Virus record (IMG/VR): IMGVR_UViG_2671180501_000010
Direction: 5' to 3' (one strand)
Length of the DNA: 48,383 nucleotides
Source: a virus
Taxonomy: Duplodnaviria; Heunggongvirae; Uroviricota; Caudoviricetes
Part shown: positions 29,774 to 38,594 of the stretch, piece by piece
Numbering within the stretch: position 1 is the stretch's first letter
Layout: every line of letters begins with the position of its first letter
Made by a program: the position numbers and the translations under genes
The notes under the pieces: generated by a model
What the model saw: the letters and a program-made list of their open reading frames with translations, nothing else
The model's database searches: none
Told to the model about the DNA's origin: nothing

Positions 29774-30202
29774 TCAGGGTTTAAAATCCAGCACCCCATT
29801 TTGAAATACTTTATATACTTCCGGCGAAGGGGGGGCAGGTATATCAGCATTCTTTATCGCATTCATCGCTTCACGACATAAATCGAGGTCTCCACTTTCT
29901 CTTTTAACCTCCAGTAGAAGGCCATTCGGGGCCATATGCATTCTCAGTGTACACTCTTTTCCTGAATACTTACTCGCATCCCCGAACTGTTTTTCGATGG
30001 CGCTCTTGATTTGATGGGCATACAGACGGATATCCTCACTAACATCAGAAGTACGTTCAGATGAACTCACATACTGTGTCTCTATTGCTTTATCGGAGTA
30101 ATATGATGTACGGTCATGATAATTTGTCGATACAGCATCAGTGCACCCGATAATAATCCCACTAATAATCAACGTAAGAATTGATGCGCTACGAAAACCC
30201 AT
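29774..30202 (-). CDS. Lipoprotein with TolA C-terminal (domain III)-like domain, paralogue 2
   Basis: ATG 30202 with GAGGAAAA RBS; lipobox (IIGC); C-terminus YAHQIKSAIEKQFGDASKYSGKECTLRMHMAPNGLLLEVKRESGDLDLCREAMNAIKNADIPAPPSPEVYKVFQNGVLDFKP closely parallels recalled E. coli TolA C-terminus. Confidence 0.75.
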   Translation of the reverse strand: MGFRSASILTLIISGIIIGCTDAVSTNYHDRTSYYSDKAIETQYVSSSERTSDVSEDIRLYAHQIKSAIEKQFGDASKYSGKECTLRMHMAPNGLLLEVKRESGDLDLCREAMNAIKNADIPAPPSPEVYKVFQNGVLDFKP

Positions 30203-30232
30203 TTTTCCTCACATATGTCATATAGTAAAGGA

Positions 30233-30261
30233 TTATATATACCGTTGTTTTGGACGCTCAA
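30233..30261 (-). promoter_or_regulatory. Candidate sigma-70 promoter for lipoprotein gene 2
   Basis: On the minus strand: -35 TTGAGC (30261-30256), 17-bp spacer, -10 TATAAT (30238-30233), about 25 nt upstream of the ATG. Confidence 0.3.
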
Positions 30262-30789
30262 ACAGCGAATCAGATCAAATAAAACGCACATTTGTTAACA
30301 TTTACACAAAGTCTGCGTGGGATATTCTGAAAGAATATCCATAATGTGGAGAGAATCTATTGAAGTGCATGGTGCCGGGTGCCTCCCGGTGAACAAAATG
30401 TTCGTGATACCTGTCGGCGACAGAAAAGGTTAATGGTATCACCCCACCGCACAGGGGGATTCACCATGCAGGAGTTTTCTTAGCAAACTCACTGCGCGCC
30501 CGGCAACTCCCAACCACATAAAATGCGGAGTTTGTGGCATTTATGCATATAACTCGCAGGAATTATCTTAAAAAACTGATGTCGATCCGGATTAAAAAGA
30601 AGCAGGTCATCATCAGATGACTGGAAAAAAGGAAAACAAAAAATACTCATCATACAGTTTTGATTGCAGGGATGAGCCTGCTATGCACAATATGCAGAAT
30701 ATAAGCAAGATAAAAATATGCAGGCATATTATTTCGGATCTTGTTATTAACACAACCTTTTTAATAATCATTTGGCATACAATAAACCA

Positions 30790-30819
30790 GCCCAAAAAGA
30801 ACCGCCTAAACAGGCGGTT
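30790..30819 (-). terminator. Rho-independent terminator (second terminator downstream of the Q gene)
   Basis: Stem accgcct / aggcggt (30801-30818) with 4-nt loop, followed on the minus strand by TCTTTTT. Confidence 0.45.
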
Positions 30820-31140
30820 GGTCAATACAAAGGATGCTTCGTCTTTATTATAGTAATCTGAGGCGTCGGGTGTCTTGTATCAGACAACATATTGTCCCGC
30901 TAAACAGCGAATTACAAACCACCCTGCAATGATCTCTCATCTCATTTTATATGAGTTGACGACATCAGGATAACGCATCATCAGCCCCTGCCAAGAAATA
31001 TCAAAACTCCCGCCAGCAATGTGTTATCACAATATTGTAAAAAAAACACAGCACCGAAACTATAACTGGTCTCTGTTATAATTTGGAGCAGAAAGACCAG
31101 TTGCCCAACTAGCAGCATTCTCCCCTGCTTTCCTGACGTA

Positions 31141-31166
31141 AAAAAACCGCATTAAGCGGTTTTTTT
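31141..31166 (-). terminator. Rho-independent terminator, candidate tR' (late terminator acted on by Q); bidirectional in appearance
   Basis: aaaaaaccgc-attaa-gcggtttttt: GC stem flanked by an A-run and a T-run; about 80 nt downstream of the Q stop (31247). Confidence 0.5.
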
Positions 31167-31246
31167 ACGATGTCCATGTCTGCAATCCGCCTCGCGATAC
31201 AGCTTTGCGAAGCATAGCAAAATTGAAGCAGTTTATACGTAAGAAA

Positions 31247-31789
31247 TCAAGCCATTTTCTCAGCAAATGATTCACGCATGGGAATATATAGGGCATACTC
31301 AGCAACAGCTAACCAATTAGCAATCCGTTTTTCGCATGTGCTAAAACACCACTCTGGGTGTGCATCATTTAGCAATTCAGCCATTTTGCGCTTAGTCATC
31401 CCCCGCCCTTCATAGCGTTGCCGGAGAATGCAAATCAATCCTGGATGCTCTGCCAGCACCTCACTTATGACTCGATCAATACATAACGCCTCTGCATCAG
31501 TACAATGCGCCAGCCAGCTCTTTTGCTTGCCGTTGATCATCTCTCGCAAAAACGCTTCCAGCTCAGCTTTCTCTATTCCCGCTTTTTTCATTCTGCGCAG
31601 GGCTTCATTAATGGCTGTTTTCGTCAGTTTTTTGGATGCCAACAACTGATTGAACATATTCCCTGACCTGCCACCGCCAATATACGACCAGCGCCCCCAC
31701 ATACGTAGTTTTCCCTGAATCCAGACACTTTCCAGCGTGGTGAGGCGAAGGTGTTCTCCGCTTTTTCCTGTATTCGTTGGGTAAATCAT
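31247..31789 (-). CDS. Putative late-gene antitermination protein Q
   Basis: 180-aa ORF at the position expected for Q (after rusA/YbcO-like nin genes, before terminator and lysis genes); GKLRMWGRW motif recalled from Q-type antiterminators; not verified by search. Confidence 0.5.
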   Translation of the reverse strand: MIYPTNTGKSGEHLRLTTLESVWIQGKLRMWGRWSYIGGGRSGNMFNQLLASKKLTKTAINEALRRMKKAGIEKAELEAFLREMINGKQKSWLAHCTDAEALCIDRVISEVLAEHPGLICILRQRYEGRGMTKRKMAELLNDAHPEWCFSTCEKRIANWLAVAEYALYIPMRESFAEKMA

Positions 31790-32076
31790 AAATGACCTTT
31801 CTTTCTCCAGATTTCTTGTGTGCGAAAAACCCCTTCAGCATGCATCAGGCGCAATTCTTCTTTGGTGTAATCGCTGGTTTTTACCCGCCCGTCGATTAGA
31901 TCGTGGCATGAGCTACAGGCTATCGCCGCCTGCATATCATGTGGTTTTGTCGCTGTTCCGCACGTCCCCGCCAGCCTGTAATGCGCCAGCACAGAGGTTT
32001 CGGGATTGTGATTGCAGTAGCCAGGGATTCTGATCTGGCACATCTGGCCTTTAGCCGCTTTACGTAAATTCACCAT
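31786..32076 (-). CDS. YbcO-like protein (DUF1364, putative Zn-binding nuclease)
   Basis: 96-aa ORF MVNLRKAAKGQMCQIRIPGYCNHNPETSVLAHYRLAG…CHDLIDGR, matching recalled DLP12 YbcO including the Cys cluster. Confidence 0.7.
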   Translation of the reverse strand: MVNLRKAAKGQMCQIRIPGYCNHNPETSVLAHYRLAGTCGTATKPHDMQAAIACSSCHDLIDGRVKTSDYTKEELRLMHAEGVFRTQEIWRKKGHL

Positions 32077-32675
32077 TACGCAAACTCCAGTAGTTGTGCG
32101 GCCACATTTTCAACTTCCTCCTGAGAGGAGAATTTACGGAACAGAATCCAGTTCCACAGCACATTCAGTACAGATTTATAAACCTGCTGAAACTCGACTT
32201 CGTCCATATTCGCAAAAGCGATGGATTTTGCCCGACGCCCACGGCTACCGTCCGGATAAATATGCTCGGTGTAAAATCCGGCCTGAATGGTTACCCACTC
32301 GCGGAAAGCCTCAAACGACTTTAGCAACGCCGTATCCCGGGTTCTACGAGTCGCAACGGTGTTAAGGTATTGCTCTGCGGCATCACTCAGGGCTGGCGTG
32401 TGTTCCCGACCAACTGATTCGCACAGGTAATCAACGAAACCAGACAGCAGTTCTCGTTCGCGAGGCGTGATCGCCCCACCGACCGGAGTCCAGTAATCGA
32501 ATCCCAGTTGCAGGAGTTTGAAAAAACGCTTGTGGAATGCGTAGTTACGCACACGCTTAAAGTCTGCGTGTATCCACTCACCTATTTTGATTTGATGCAG
32601 AAAATCGCAACTCTCCGGCGTCGCCGGGAGAAGTAAACCAGAAGAGGTTTGTTTGACCAGTTGTATATGCGCCAT
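32076..32675 (-). CDS. nin-region protein, possibly DUF1367-like
   Basis: 199-aa ORF whose stop overlaps the ybcO-like start; family name is a weak recollection. Confidence 0.45.
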   Translation of the reverse strand: MAHIQLVKQTSSGLLLPATPESCDFLHQIKIGEWIHADFKRVRNYAFHKRFFKLLQLGFDYWTPVGGAITPRERELLSGFVDYLCESVGREHTPALSDAAEQYLNTVATRRTRDTALLKSFEAFREWVTIQAGFYTEHIYPDGSRGRRAKSIAFANMDEVEFQQVYKSVLNVLWNWILFRKFSSQEEVENVAAQLLEFA

Positions 32676-33433
32676 TTCTCAATCTCTCGATGGCGCAGCG
32701 CAGCAGATGCCAGTTGTTCAGGCTGACGAATAAAGTATAAATAAACTGGCTATGGTGTAAAGCCCCACATAGCATGAACAAACACTACATATCAAATAGC
32801 TGGTACAAGGATAGAAATACGACACTTATTATTAAAAACGATTAGATAAATTACATTTTAATGTTATGCAAAAGTTCTTTTTTATCATAACATTTCAATA
32901 AAAGCATTACAGATGCAATCATCCCGTCATCATCAATTATTTAAGGTGGTTAAACATGGAAAATAACAAGTTCGCACATCTCGCTCCTTTTTTATCCGTA
33001 ATCCTTTTCGCTTGTTGTTTTATATGGGCATTATTTTTATAAAGTAGCCACATGATAAGTTGCTGGAATCATATTTCCCACTCAAGTCATTAACATTTGA
33101 TAAGATATATCTAAAAGGACGCCTTTACATTATTTATGCGTATATAATTTATTTATATACACAGTAAAGGTATCCTGGGAAAATATTTATCGTTAAAAAA
33201 TACATCATAAATAATTAAGCTGAAATTTCAGAACACAACTAATACACACAATAAGGTTCAGTAACAGTAATCTATGTGGACTACATCGAGATTTTTTGAT
33301 TAAACTTTAATAACTTATTCCTAACACACAGAATGCATAAACTAAAAGTAAAACAAATAGTTATACGAAAAACAACCATATTTATTCTATCTTCTCCTCT
33401 AATCAACATATCAATTATGTGTTTCATAACAGC

Positions 33434-33466
33434 TTGACATAACCCTCCAAAAGATGCATTTTTAAT
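33434..33466 (+). promoter_or_regulatory. Candidate promoter for the YeaR-like gene (consensus -35, weak -10)
   Basis: Perfect TTGACA at 33434-33439; possible -10-like elements CATTTT / TTTAAT downstream; GGAGGAGG RBS at 33476-33483. Confidence 0.3.
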
Positions 33467-33488
33467 GCATGTTTTGGAGGAGGTGGTT

Positions 33489-33827
33489 ATGACACACAAG
33501 AGAATTCCTAAAGATTGGGTAATCAAACGCTCAACTCCGTTCTTCACAAAAGAGAACGTACCTTCAGCGTTATTAACACATCATAATACAGCAGCAGGTG
33601 TTTTTGGGCAGTTGTGCGTAATGGAAGGCACTGTAACATATTATGGTTTTACTGATGAGAATGCTACTGAACCGGAGATAAAAGTAGTCATTAATGCTGG
33701 CGCTTTTGCAACAAGCCCACCACAATACTGGCACCGTGTTGAACTAAGCGATGATGCTCAGTTTAATATTAACTTTTGGGTCGCTCCAGACTTTTCGGGC
33801 GAAAAAGTCTATAGCACCAAAAAATAG
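33489..33827 (+). CDS. YeaR-like protein (DUF1971; TehB N-terminal-domain-like)
   Basis: ATG 33489 after GGAGGAGG RBS; MTHKRIPKDWVIKRSTPFFTKENVPSALL…GTVTYYGFTDENATEPEIKVVINAGAFATSPPQYWHRVELSDDAQFNINFWVAPD parallels recalled E. coli YeaR. Confidence 0.75.
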   Translation: MTHKRIPKDWVIKRSTPFFTKENVPSALLTHHNTAAGVFGQLCVMEGTVTYYGFTDENATEPEIKVVINAGAFATSPPQYWHRVELSDDAQFNINFWVAPDFSGEKVYSTKK

Positions 33828-33856
33828 ATGATCATATTAAAAATGCTTTAACAGTC

Positions 33857-33895
33857 AGACCCGGCAGGGCTATCCCCGACGGGTCTCATTTTTGT
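33857..33895 (+). terminator. Rho-independent terminator after the YeaR-like gene
   Basis: agacccg…cgggtct imperfect stem with inner GGG/CCC pairing, followed by CATTTTT. Confidence 0.45.
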
Positions 33896-34447
33896 AAATA
33901 TATTGGTTCTACATTGACAGGAGACTTCAACCATAAGAAGTAATCTGAATACTTGAGCAATAAATTTACTTAAGATTAATGAGCGCACCTTGCCGGACAA
34001 AGATAAACCAAGGTAACACCTTTTTTCTAGCCAGTATGTAATCAATCAGAAAGCCGCTCCATAAGAACAACAGCAAGACAATAAATTGCCATTACAGCCG
34101 CAATAGCCAGCGCACATTTGAGAACCAGCACGACAACCCCCTGTATTAGACGCACACCAGTCCTGATAAATATGAGGCTGTCTCGTCAGTGATTCAATAC
34201 AACTATTGGGTATAGTTTCTGTGATTTTATTCTGTAGAAATGGAACACAACAACCAGTCACCACCAGCACTTCCTTAAATGCTCTAAGTCAGAAACAAGC
34301 CAACATTTTAGTCCGCTTTGAGCGATCTGCAGACATTGCTAGCAGCCTTCTGTGTGAATTCTCAGGGAGCAGGTCGGCATAGCATCACGTTGAGGCTCTT
34401 ACCCTACTTGTTCACACCAACCCTAACTCCACAGACTGATTCATAAA

Positions 34448-35449
34448 TTAGTAATCTGCGTGTTTCGCACTTTTCAGAAATGCTTTCATATTTTCATTAG
34501 GTCGCTCAATTTCGAAGTTACTTCCATATAACTCTTGTAATTTTGGCCATAACTTACTTAATAACCCTCTCCTGCGATAAAATGGATGTATCCAAACGGT
34601 AGATAGGTACGGAGAATTTGCATTTGAATTGTTTATTGTGACCAGCCCAACTAAACATTGTCGATAACCACTATTATCCATTGATTGTATTTCTTCGACG
34701 AATGGATACGCGATTACATCAGTCCAACCATGATCGGTTGTATCCCATTGCATTCCGTCATGACATTCCTTCGACTGATAGCGGCGTAAAGCTACACACG
34801 CGAGCTTTTGCCAATCTGGAGAATTAATTGTGATCTCTTCATCGTATGACGCGCCTATTGGAGCGGGTATTGGTCTGATTAATCCAGCATGGCATTCATC
34901 ATAGAACTTCATGTTTCCCTCAGAAACGTTGTGTACGTTGGGTTGCTCCATGTGTGCGCCATTCAAAAATAGCTCTGATAGTAGTGTATCTACACTGTAA
35001 TCTTTATTGATTATTGTCGGCTTAGAGTTTTTCTTATTAAGGCCGCGAGTAACGATTTTTTGATCAATGTTAACAACATGGAATAATCCGTCGGGGAGGC
35101 TAGCGAACCACGATGGGGCATCGGACCAGAATAGCATGCCTTTTGTACTTCTTAAGAGTTTAATTAAGTTAATACAAGCTTCTTCACTAGTCTTGCCGTT
35201 GATGCGAAGTATGTTAGGACTAAAGTAATATTCATCCATATCAGGGAATGCAGCTTCGCAAAACTCCTGTACATAATTTAGCACCTGGATTCTACAGAGA
35301 TCATCATAGCTGGTAATAACTAAGGGGGTATCTTCATTACTATTATGATTATCAATAATGCAATCTATAGCGAGACTTACTGCTTTGCGTATCACTTCAG
35401 TTGAATCTAACGACTCTAAAAATTTTGTCTTTCGTGTGCGAATATCCAT
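34448..35449 (-). CDS. Hypothetical protein (333 aa) with GNAT-acetyltransferase-like C-terminal region; second gene of a two-gene cargo operon
   Basis: ATG 35449 lies 15 nt after the stop of the upstream gene; C-terminal YLSTVWIHPFYRRRGLLSKLW resembles GNAT motif A; N-terminal 230 aa unassigned; about 35% GC. Confidence 0.7.
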   Translation of the reverse strand: MDIRTRKTKFLESLDSTEVIRKAVSLAIDCIIDNHNSNEDTPLVITSYDDLCRIQVLNYVQEFCEAAFPDMDEYYFSPNILRINGKTSEEACINLIKLLRSTKGMLFWSDAPSWFASLPDGLFHVVNIDQKIVTRGLNKKNSKPTIINKDYSVDTLLSELFLNGAHMEQPNVHNVSEGNMKFYDECHAGLIRPIPAPIGASYDEEITINSPDWQKLACVALRRYQSKECHDGMQWDTTDHGWTDVIAYPFVEEIQSMDNSGYRQCLVGLVTINNSNANSPYLSTVWIHPFYRRRGLLSKLWPKLQELYGSNFEIERPNENMKAFLKSAKHADY

Positions 35450-35464
35450 GTATGACCTGCGCTA

Positions 35465-36487
35465 TTAAAATTCATGAATGAACGGTTTGTCATCTGGTTG
35501 CAAAATGGTGGTTTTATTCGTTGCTACATTTAAACTGTTGTAGAGCATAATTGCCAGGTTCGATGCATTTTCAATCAGCGTTTCAAGATCCTGGTCTGTA
35601 ATCACTACGAGGTTCCCTTCTTTATCCTTTCCACCACGATGCACTAAGTGATTTCGATTGAGGGTTGCCAATTCAATAGCTTCTATCGGACAGTCTTTTT
35701 GTACTTTTATATCGAATGTAGCTTCATAGCGGTCGATTACCTTTTTAGTGCTATGCCAGCTTGCACTGATCAAGTGTTCCTTGATTGACCTGATTAGCTC
35801 TCCCCTAATTTTCTCGATGGGTTCACCCTTGAAAGGCAACGCAGCAATATCTTTGCTTACTTTAAATTCAGTCTTACCTTTTTCTATACAATTGGCTATG
35901 TAGACATCATCTTTCTCTATAGAATTAATGAATAGCTCAACATAAAGCGTTTCCAAAGCTGTAATAACATTCGTGTAGAGCAAACTAAGCAAGTGGTTTT
36001 TTTGCTGTTGTTCAGTTTTATCTTTTGCAAGTTTTTTTATTTTATCGATATTATCAATGAATTTTAAATACGGATTACCGGAAGACGTTACAGCGTCGTA
36101 GATATCATCATCGTACCAATCATCTATATTATTTGAGTTTCCAGACCAGTCAAAACATTGTGTTTGTAATTCATCTACTAATTCCTCAATATACTCAGAT
36201 TTAACATATTGACCGAAGATGGATTGTAGTTCTTCGCTCGCATCATACGGCCCGCCATATATGTAAGCATAGCCACCTTCTCTACTTTCATACGGACAAG
36301 CATTTGCCGGATCTTCAAAGTTTTCAAAGAACCAGTTTTTCATTACTTCGAGTTGATCTTTTTTGCTTATGTATTTTAAAGATTTTAGTGGAACTTTCTT
36401 TCCATTAACCTCGAAAACAATTTTCACGATGTAACGCTCCCTTGTATCAATTGCGCAACTATTATACCACAGCGAAATACAGGGCAT
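35465..36487 (-). CDS. Hypothetical protein (340 aa) with C-terminal R-N-x3-H (HEPN-like) motif; first gene of a two-gene cargo operon
   Basis: ATG 36487 preceded by AAGGAGG RBS (track ORF extends to 36556 but lacks an RBS); motif LNRNHLVHRGG at residues 277-287; AT-rich; candidate TTGACA -35 upstream. Confidence 0.7.
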   Translation of the reverse strand: MPCISLWYNSCAIDTRERYIVKIVFEVNGKKVPLKSLKYISKKDQLEVMKNWFFENFEDPANACPYESREGGYAYIYGGPYDASEELQSIFGQYVKSEYIEELVDELQTQCFDWSGNSNNIDDWYDDDIYDAVTSSGNPYLKFIDNIDKIKKLAKDKTEQQQKNHLLSLLYTNVITALETLYVELFINSIEKDDVYIANCIEKGKTEFKVSKDIAALPFKGEPIEKIRGELIRSIKEHLISASWHSTKKVIDRYEATFDIKVQKDCPIEAIELATLNRNHLVHRGGKDKEGNLVVITDQDLETLIENASNLAIMLYNSLNVATNKTTILQPDDKPFIHEF

Positions 36488-36625
36488 AACCTGCCTCCTT
36501 AAACTAACATACCATGAGCCAGCAATGTCCGCTATTGGCACAAAGCGGACAACCACGCTAGCTCTCCCCTGTGCCAGAAAAATGTCAATTTACATATGAA
36601 CTAATGCTCTTTGATCTAGTAACGT

Positions 36626-37042
36626 CTATAAATACCGAAGATTTCCTTGATAAAATGCCAGTACACGTTTCATAACTTCACTCTTCCGGCACTCGCGACA
36701 GATTATGTTCTGACGCCTGTCATAGCGGCGTATTTCTCCGTCTGGTAATGACCAGATAAGGTCAGGATCAACCACAACCGTTTTTTTCACCTTTGCCCTG
36801 GATAGTTTTTTGCGGGCGTTTTTCCAATCCTTACGAGCCTGTTCAGACGGGAATAACCCATAGCCAGAGTTGTATACATCGCCACTGGCAACCAACTCTC
36901 TGGCAAGAATGCTCATCAGATATCTTGTCGCACCTGTCTTGGCCTCCAGTTGCCTTAACGTCTCGCGCCCACTCTGGCGTACCAACTCAACAACCTGCTC
37001 CTTAATTTTTTCACGCTCTTCCTGTGTAAAAACTTTTGCCAT
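36626..37042 (-). CDS. Hypothetical protein (138 aa)
   Basis: ORF 36626-37057; ATG 37042 (MAKVFTQEE…) preceded by GGAGGCG; basic C-terminal half with a CRECRK motif. Confidence 0.6.
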   Translation of the reverse strand: MAKVFTQEEREKIKEQVVELVRQSGRETLRQLEAKTGATRYLMSILARELVASGDVYNSGYGLFPSEQARKDWKNARKKLSRAKVKKTVVVDPDLIWSLPDGEIRRYDRRQNIICRECRKSEVMKRVLAFYQGNLRYL

Positions 37043-37057
37043 AAGCGCCTCCGGCAA

Positions 37058-37819
37058 TCACTTTTCCGACACAATACGACTGGAGGAATCGACAATCTGT
37101 CGGACAATATCCCGGTGCTTGTTCAGCTCCCGCAGCGCGGCGCAGACTCGCTCCCACTTCTGGACATGATTTTTCGCCCGACGCAGTTCGCGGTTTGCCA
37201 TATGCAGCGATGGTAAAACTAGGTCATCCGCTTGCGTTTCAGTAAACGATGGCAGCGACTGCACAATGTCCGCCACAGTTTCTGTTTTAATATCTTCCTG
37301 TGTTGCCGCTTCCTGTACTGGTAACGCAACACCGGCTGGCTGAGGAAAGGCTTTACCATCAGTTTCCGCTACCGATGCAGCTTTCGGCTCTGCTGGTAAA
37401 TTATCGCCCGGCATGCAGTAACGAAATTTACTGTTCTGGTTTACGCGAATCAGGCGTCCTTTGCTGATTGCCATTGCCAGCGTTGAAGCAACTTTGCGGG
37501 ATGTTGTACCGAACAGCGTAGCCAGTTCATCCGCCGTTTGTGGTCCGCGTTGTTCAATCGTCGCGGTTAAATCGCACTCTGAGATTTTCACTACAGTTGC
37601 CGTGGTGGTTTCTTCCGGCAGTTCTGCCTGCATTGGCTGTTCCTGCTGAACGTTGTTATCAGCCACACGCCAGGTGTACGCGCTTTTATCAACGAAACCA
37701 GCTTTTTTCAGTTCCCATAGTTCGTTCAGCACTTCTTCACGACTGATATCAAGTCGCGCAGCAAGTTCTATGGATGTGGCTTTTCCCATTGCTTTCAGTG
37801 CGTCAAAAACAGTCTCCAT
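37058..37819 (-). CDS. ydaW: YdaW-like DNA-binding protein (full length)
   Basis: ATG 37819 ([13 protein letters not shown]…) with GGGAGGAAA RBS; winged-helix-like N-terminus; position after the DnaC-like gene as in Rac, where K-12 ydaW is a fragment. Confidence 0.6.
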   Translation of the reverse strand: METVFDALKAMGKATSIELAARLDISREEVLNELWELKKAGFVDKSAYTWRVADNNVQQEQPMQAELPEETTTATVVKISECDLTATIEQRGPQTADELATLFGTTSRKVASTLAMAISKGRLIRVNQNSKFRYCMPGDNLPAEPKAASVAETDGKAFPQPAGVALPVQEAATQEDIKTETVADIVQSLPSFTETQADDLVLPSLHMANRELRRAKNHVQKWERVCAALRELNKHRDIVRQIVDSSSRIVSEK

Positions 37820-37841
37820 AAAAATTTCCTCCCGGTAAAAA

Positions 37842-38588
37842 TTACTTCTCAATTCCTGGCTGGACGACATTCGGACGCCAGCTCTCCCAGTTAAAATTCA
37901 CCCATCGCCCGCCGTTCATGGTCATGCGATCCATAATCCGCTCGCCGAGCAATGTTTTCATGGCCTCATAGTTCAGGTTTGTCAGCATCCCCACGCTGCG
38001 CATCGACGCTGTCCGGCGATCAACAATCTGGTGCAGCACCACCTGCTCGTTTTTCGTCTCGCGCTGAATGCCAATTTCATCAAGAACCAGCAGATCCACT
38101 TCGCATAGTTCCCGCAAAAATTTTTCGCCTGACTGCCCATCGTCATAGCTGGCGTGCAGGGCACTCATAACATCAGCCACGGTAACCACAATCACTGTCT
38201 GACCGTCTTTCAGCAGGCGATTCCCGATAGCTGCCGCTAAGTGGTTCTTCCCGGTACCAGGTTTTCCGCTGAACGCAAAATTTGTACACCCGGTCATCAG
38301 TTCATCAGCGATGGATTTCGCCTGACTCAACGCGTATCGCTGCGCTTCGTTCTGCACCTGGTAATTCGAAAACGAGCATTTGCGGTGCAATGGCTGGATG
38401 CCAGAGCGATTCAGAATTTTTTCCACCCGCAACTGACGATTCTGACGGTTGATCTCCTCACAACGTTTCTGGCCTTCGGAAAGTTGCCACTCGCGCCACT
38501 CCGCTACCGTCTTGAATGGCGCGGTTACATGTGACGGGGCCAGTCTGCGGATACGTTCAAGAACGTCGCCTGTCGCAATATTTTTCAT
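37842..38588 (-). CDS. ydaV: DnaC/IstB-like AAA+ replication (helicase loader) protein
   Basis: Walker [18 protein letters not shown] and Walker B LLVLDEIG; 248 aa. Confidence 0.8.
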   Translation of the reverse strand: MKNIATGDVLERIRRLAPSHVTAPFKTVAEWREWQLSEGQKRCEEINRQNRQLRVEKILNRSGIQPLHRKCSFSNYQVQNEAQRYALSQAKSIADELMTGCTNFAFSGKPGTGKNHLAAAIGNRLLKDGQTVIVVTVADVMSALHASYDDGQSGEKFLRELCEVDLLVLDEIGIQRETKNEQVVLHQIVDRRTASMRSVGMLTNLNYEAMKTLLGERIMDRMTMNGGRWVNFNWESWRPNVVQPGIEK

Positions 38589-38594
38589 GGTCAG

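Noticed and set aside
30203-31246. Possible tRNA genes or a coding gene between Q and the lipoprotein genes (including track ORFs 30613-30825 and 30617-30853)
   Set aside because: No tRNA-like T-arm or acceptor pairing was recognised by eye, and the short ORFs are AT-rich with no RBS; treated as a regulatory or non-coding region with terminators. A tRNA scan would be needed to be certain.
33848-34270. Short minus-strand ORFs in the cargo island (65 aa at 33848-34045; Cys-rich 74 aa at 34046-34270)
   Set aside because: No RBS, odd composition, and they overlap the terminator-like hairpin after the YeaR-like gene; probably non-coding, though a small protein cannot be excluded.
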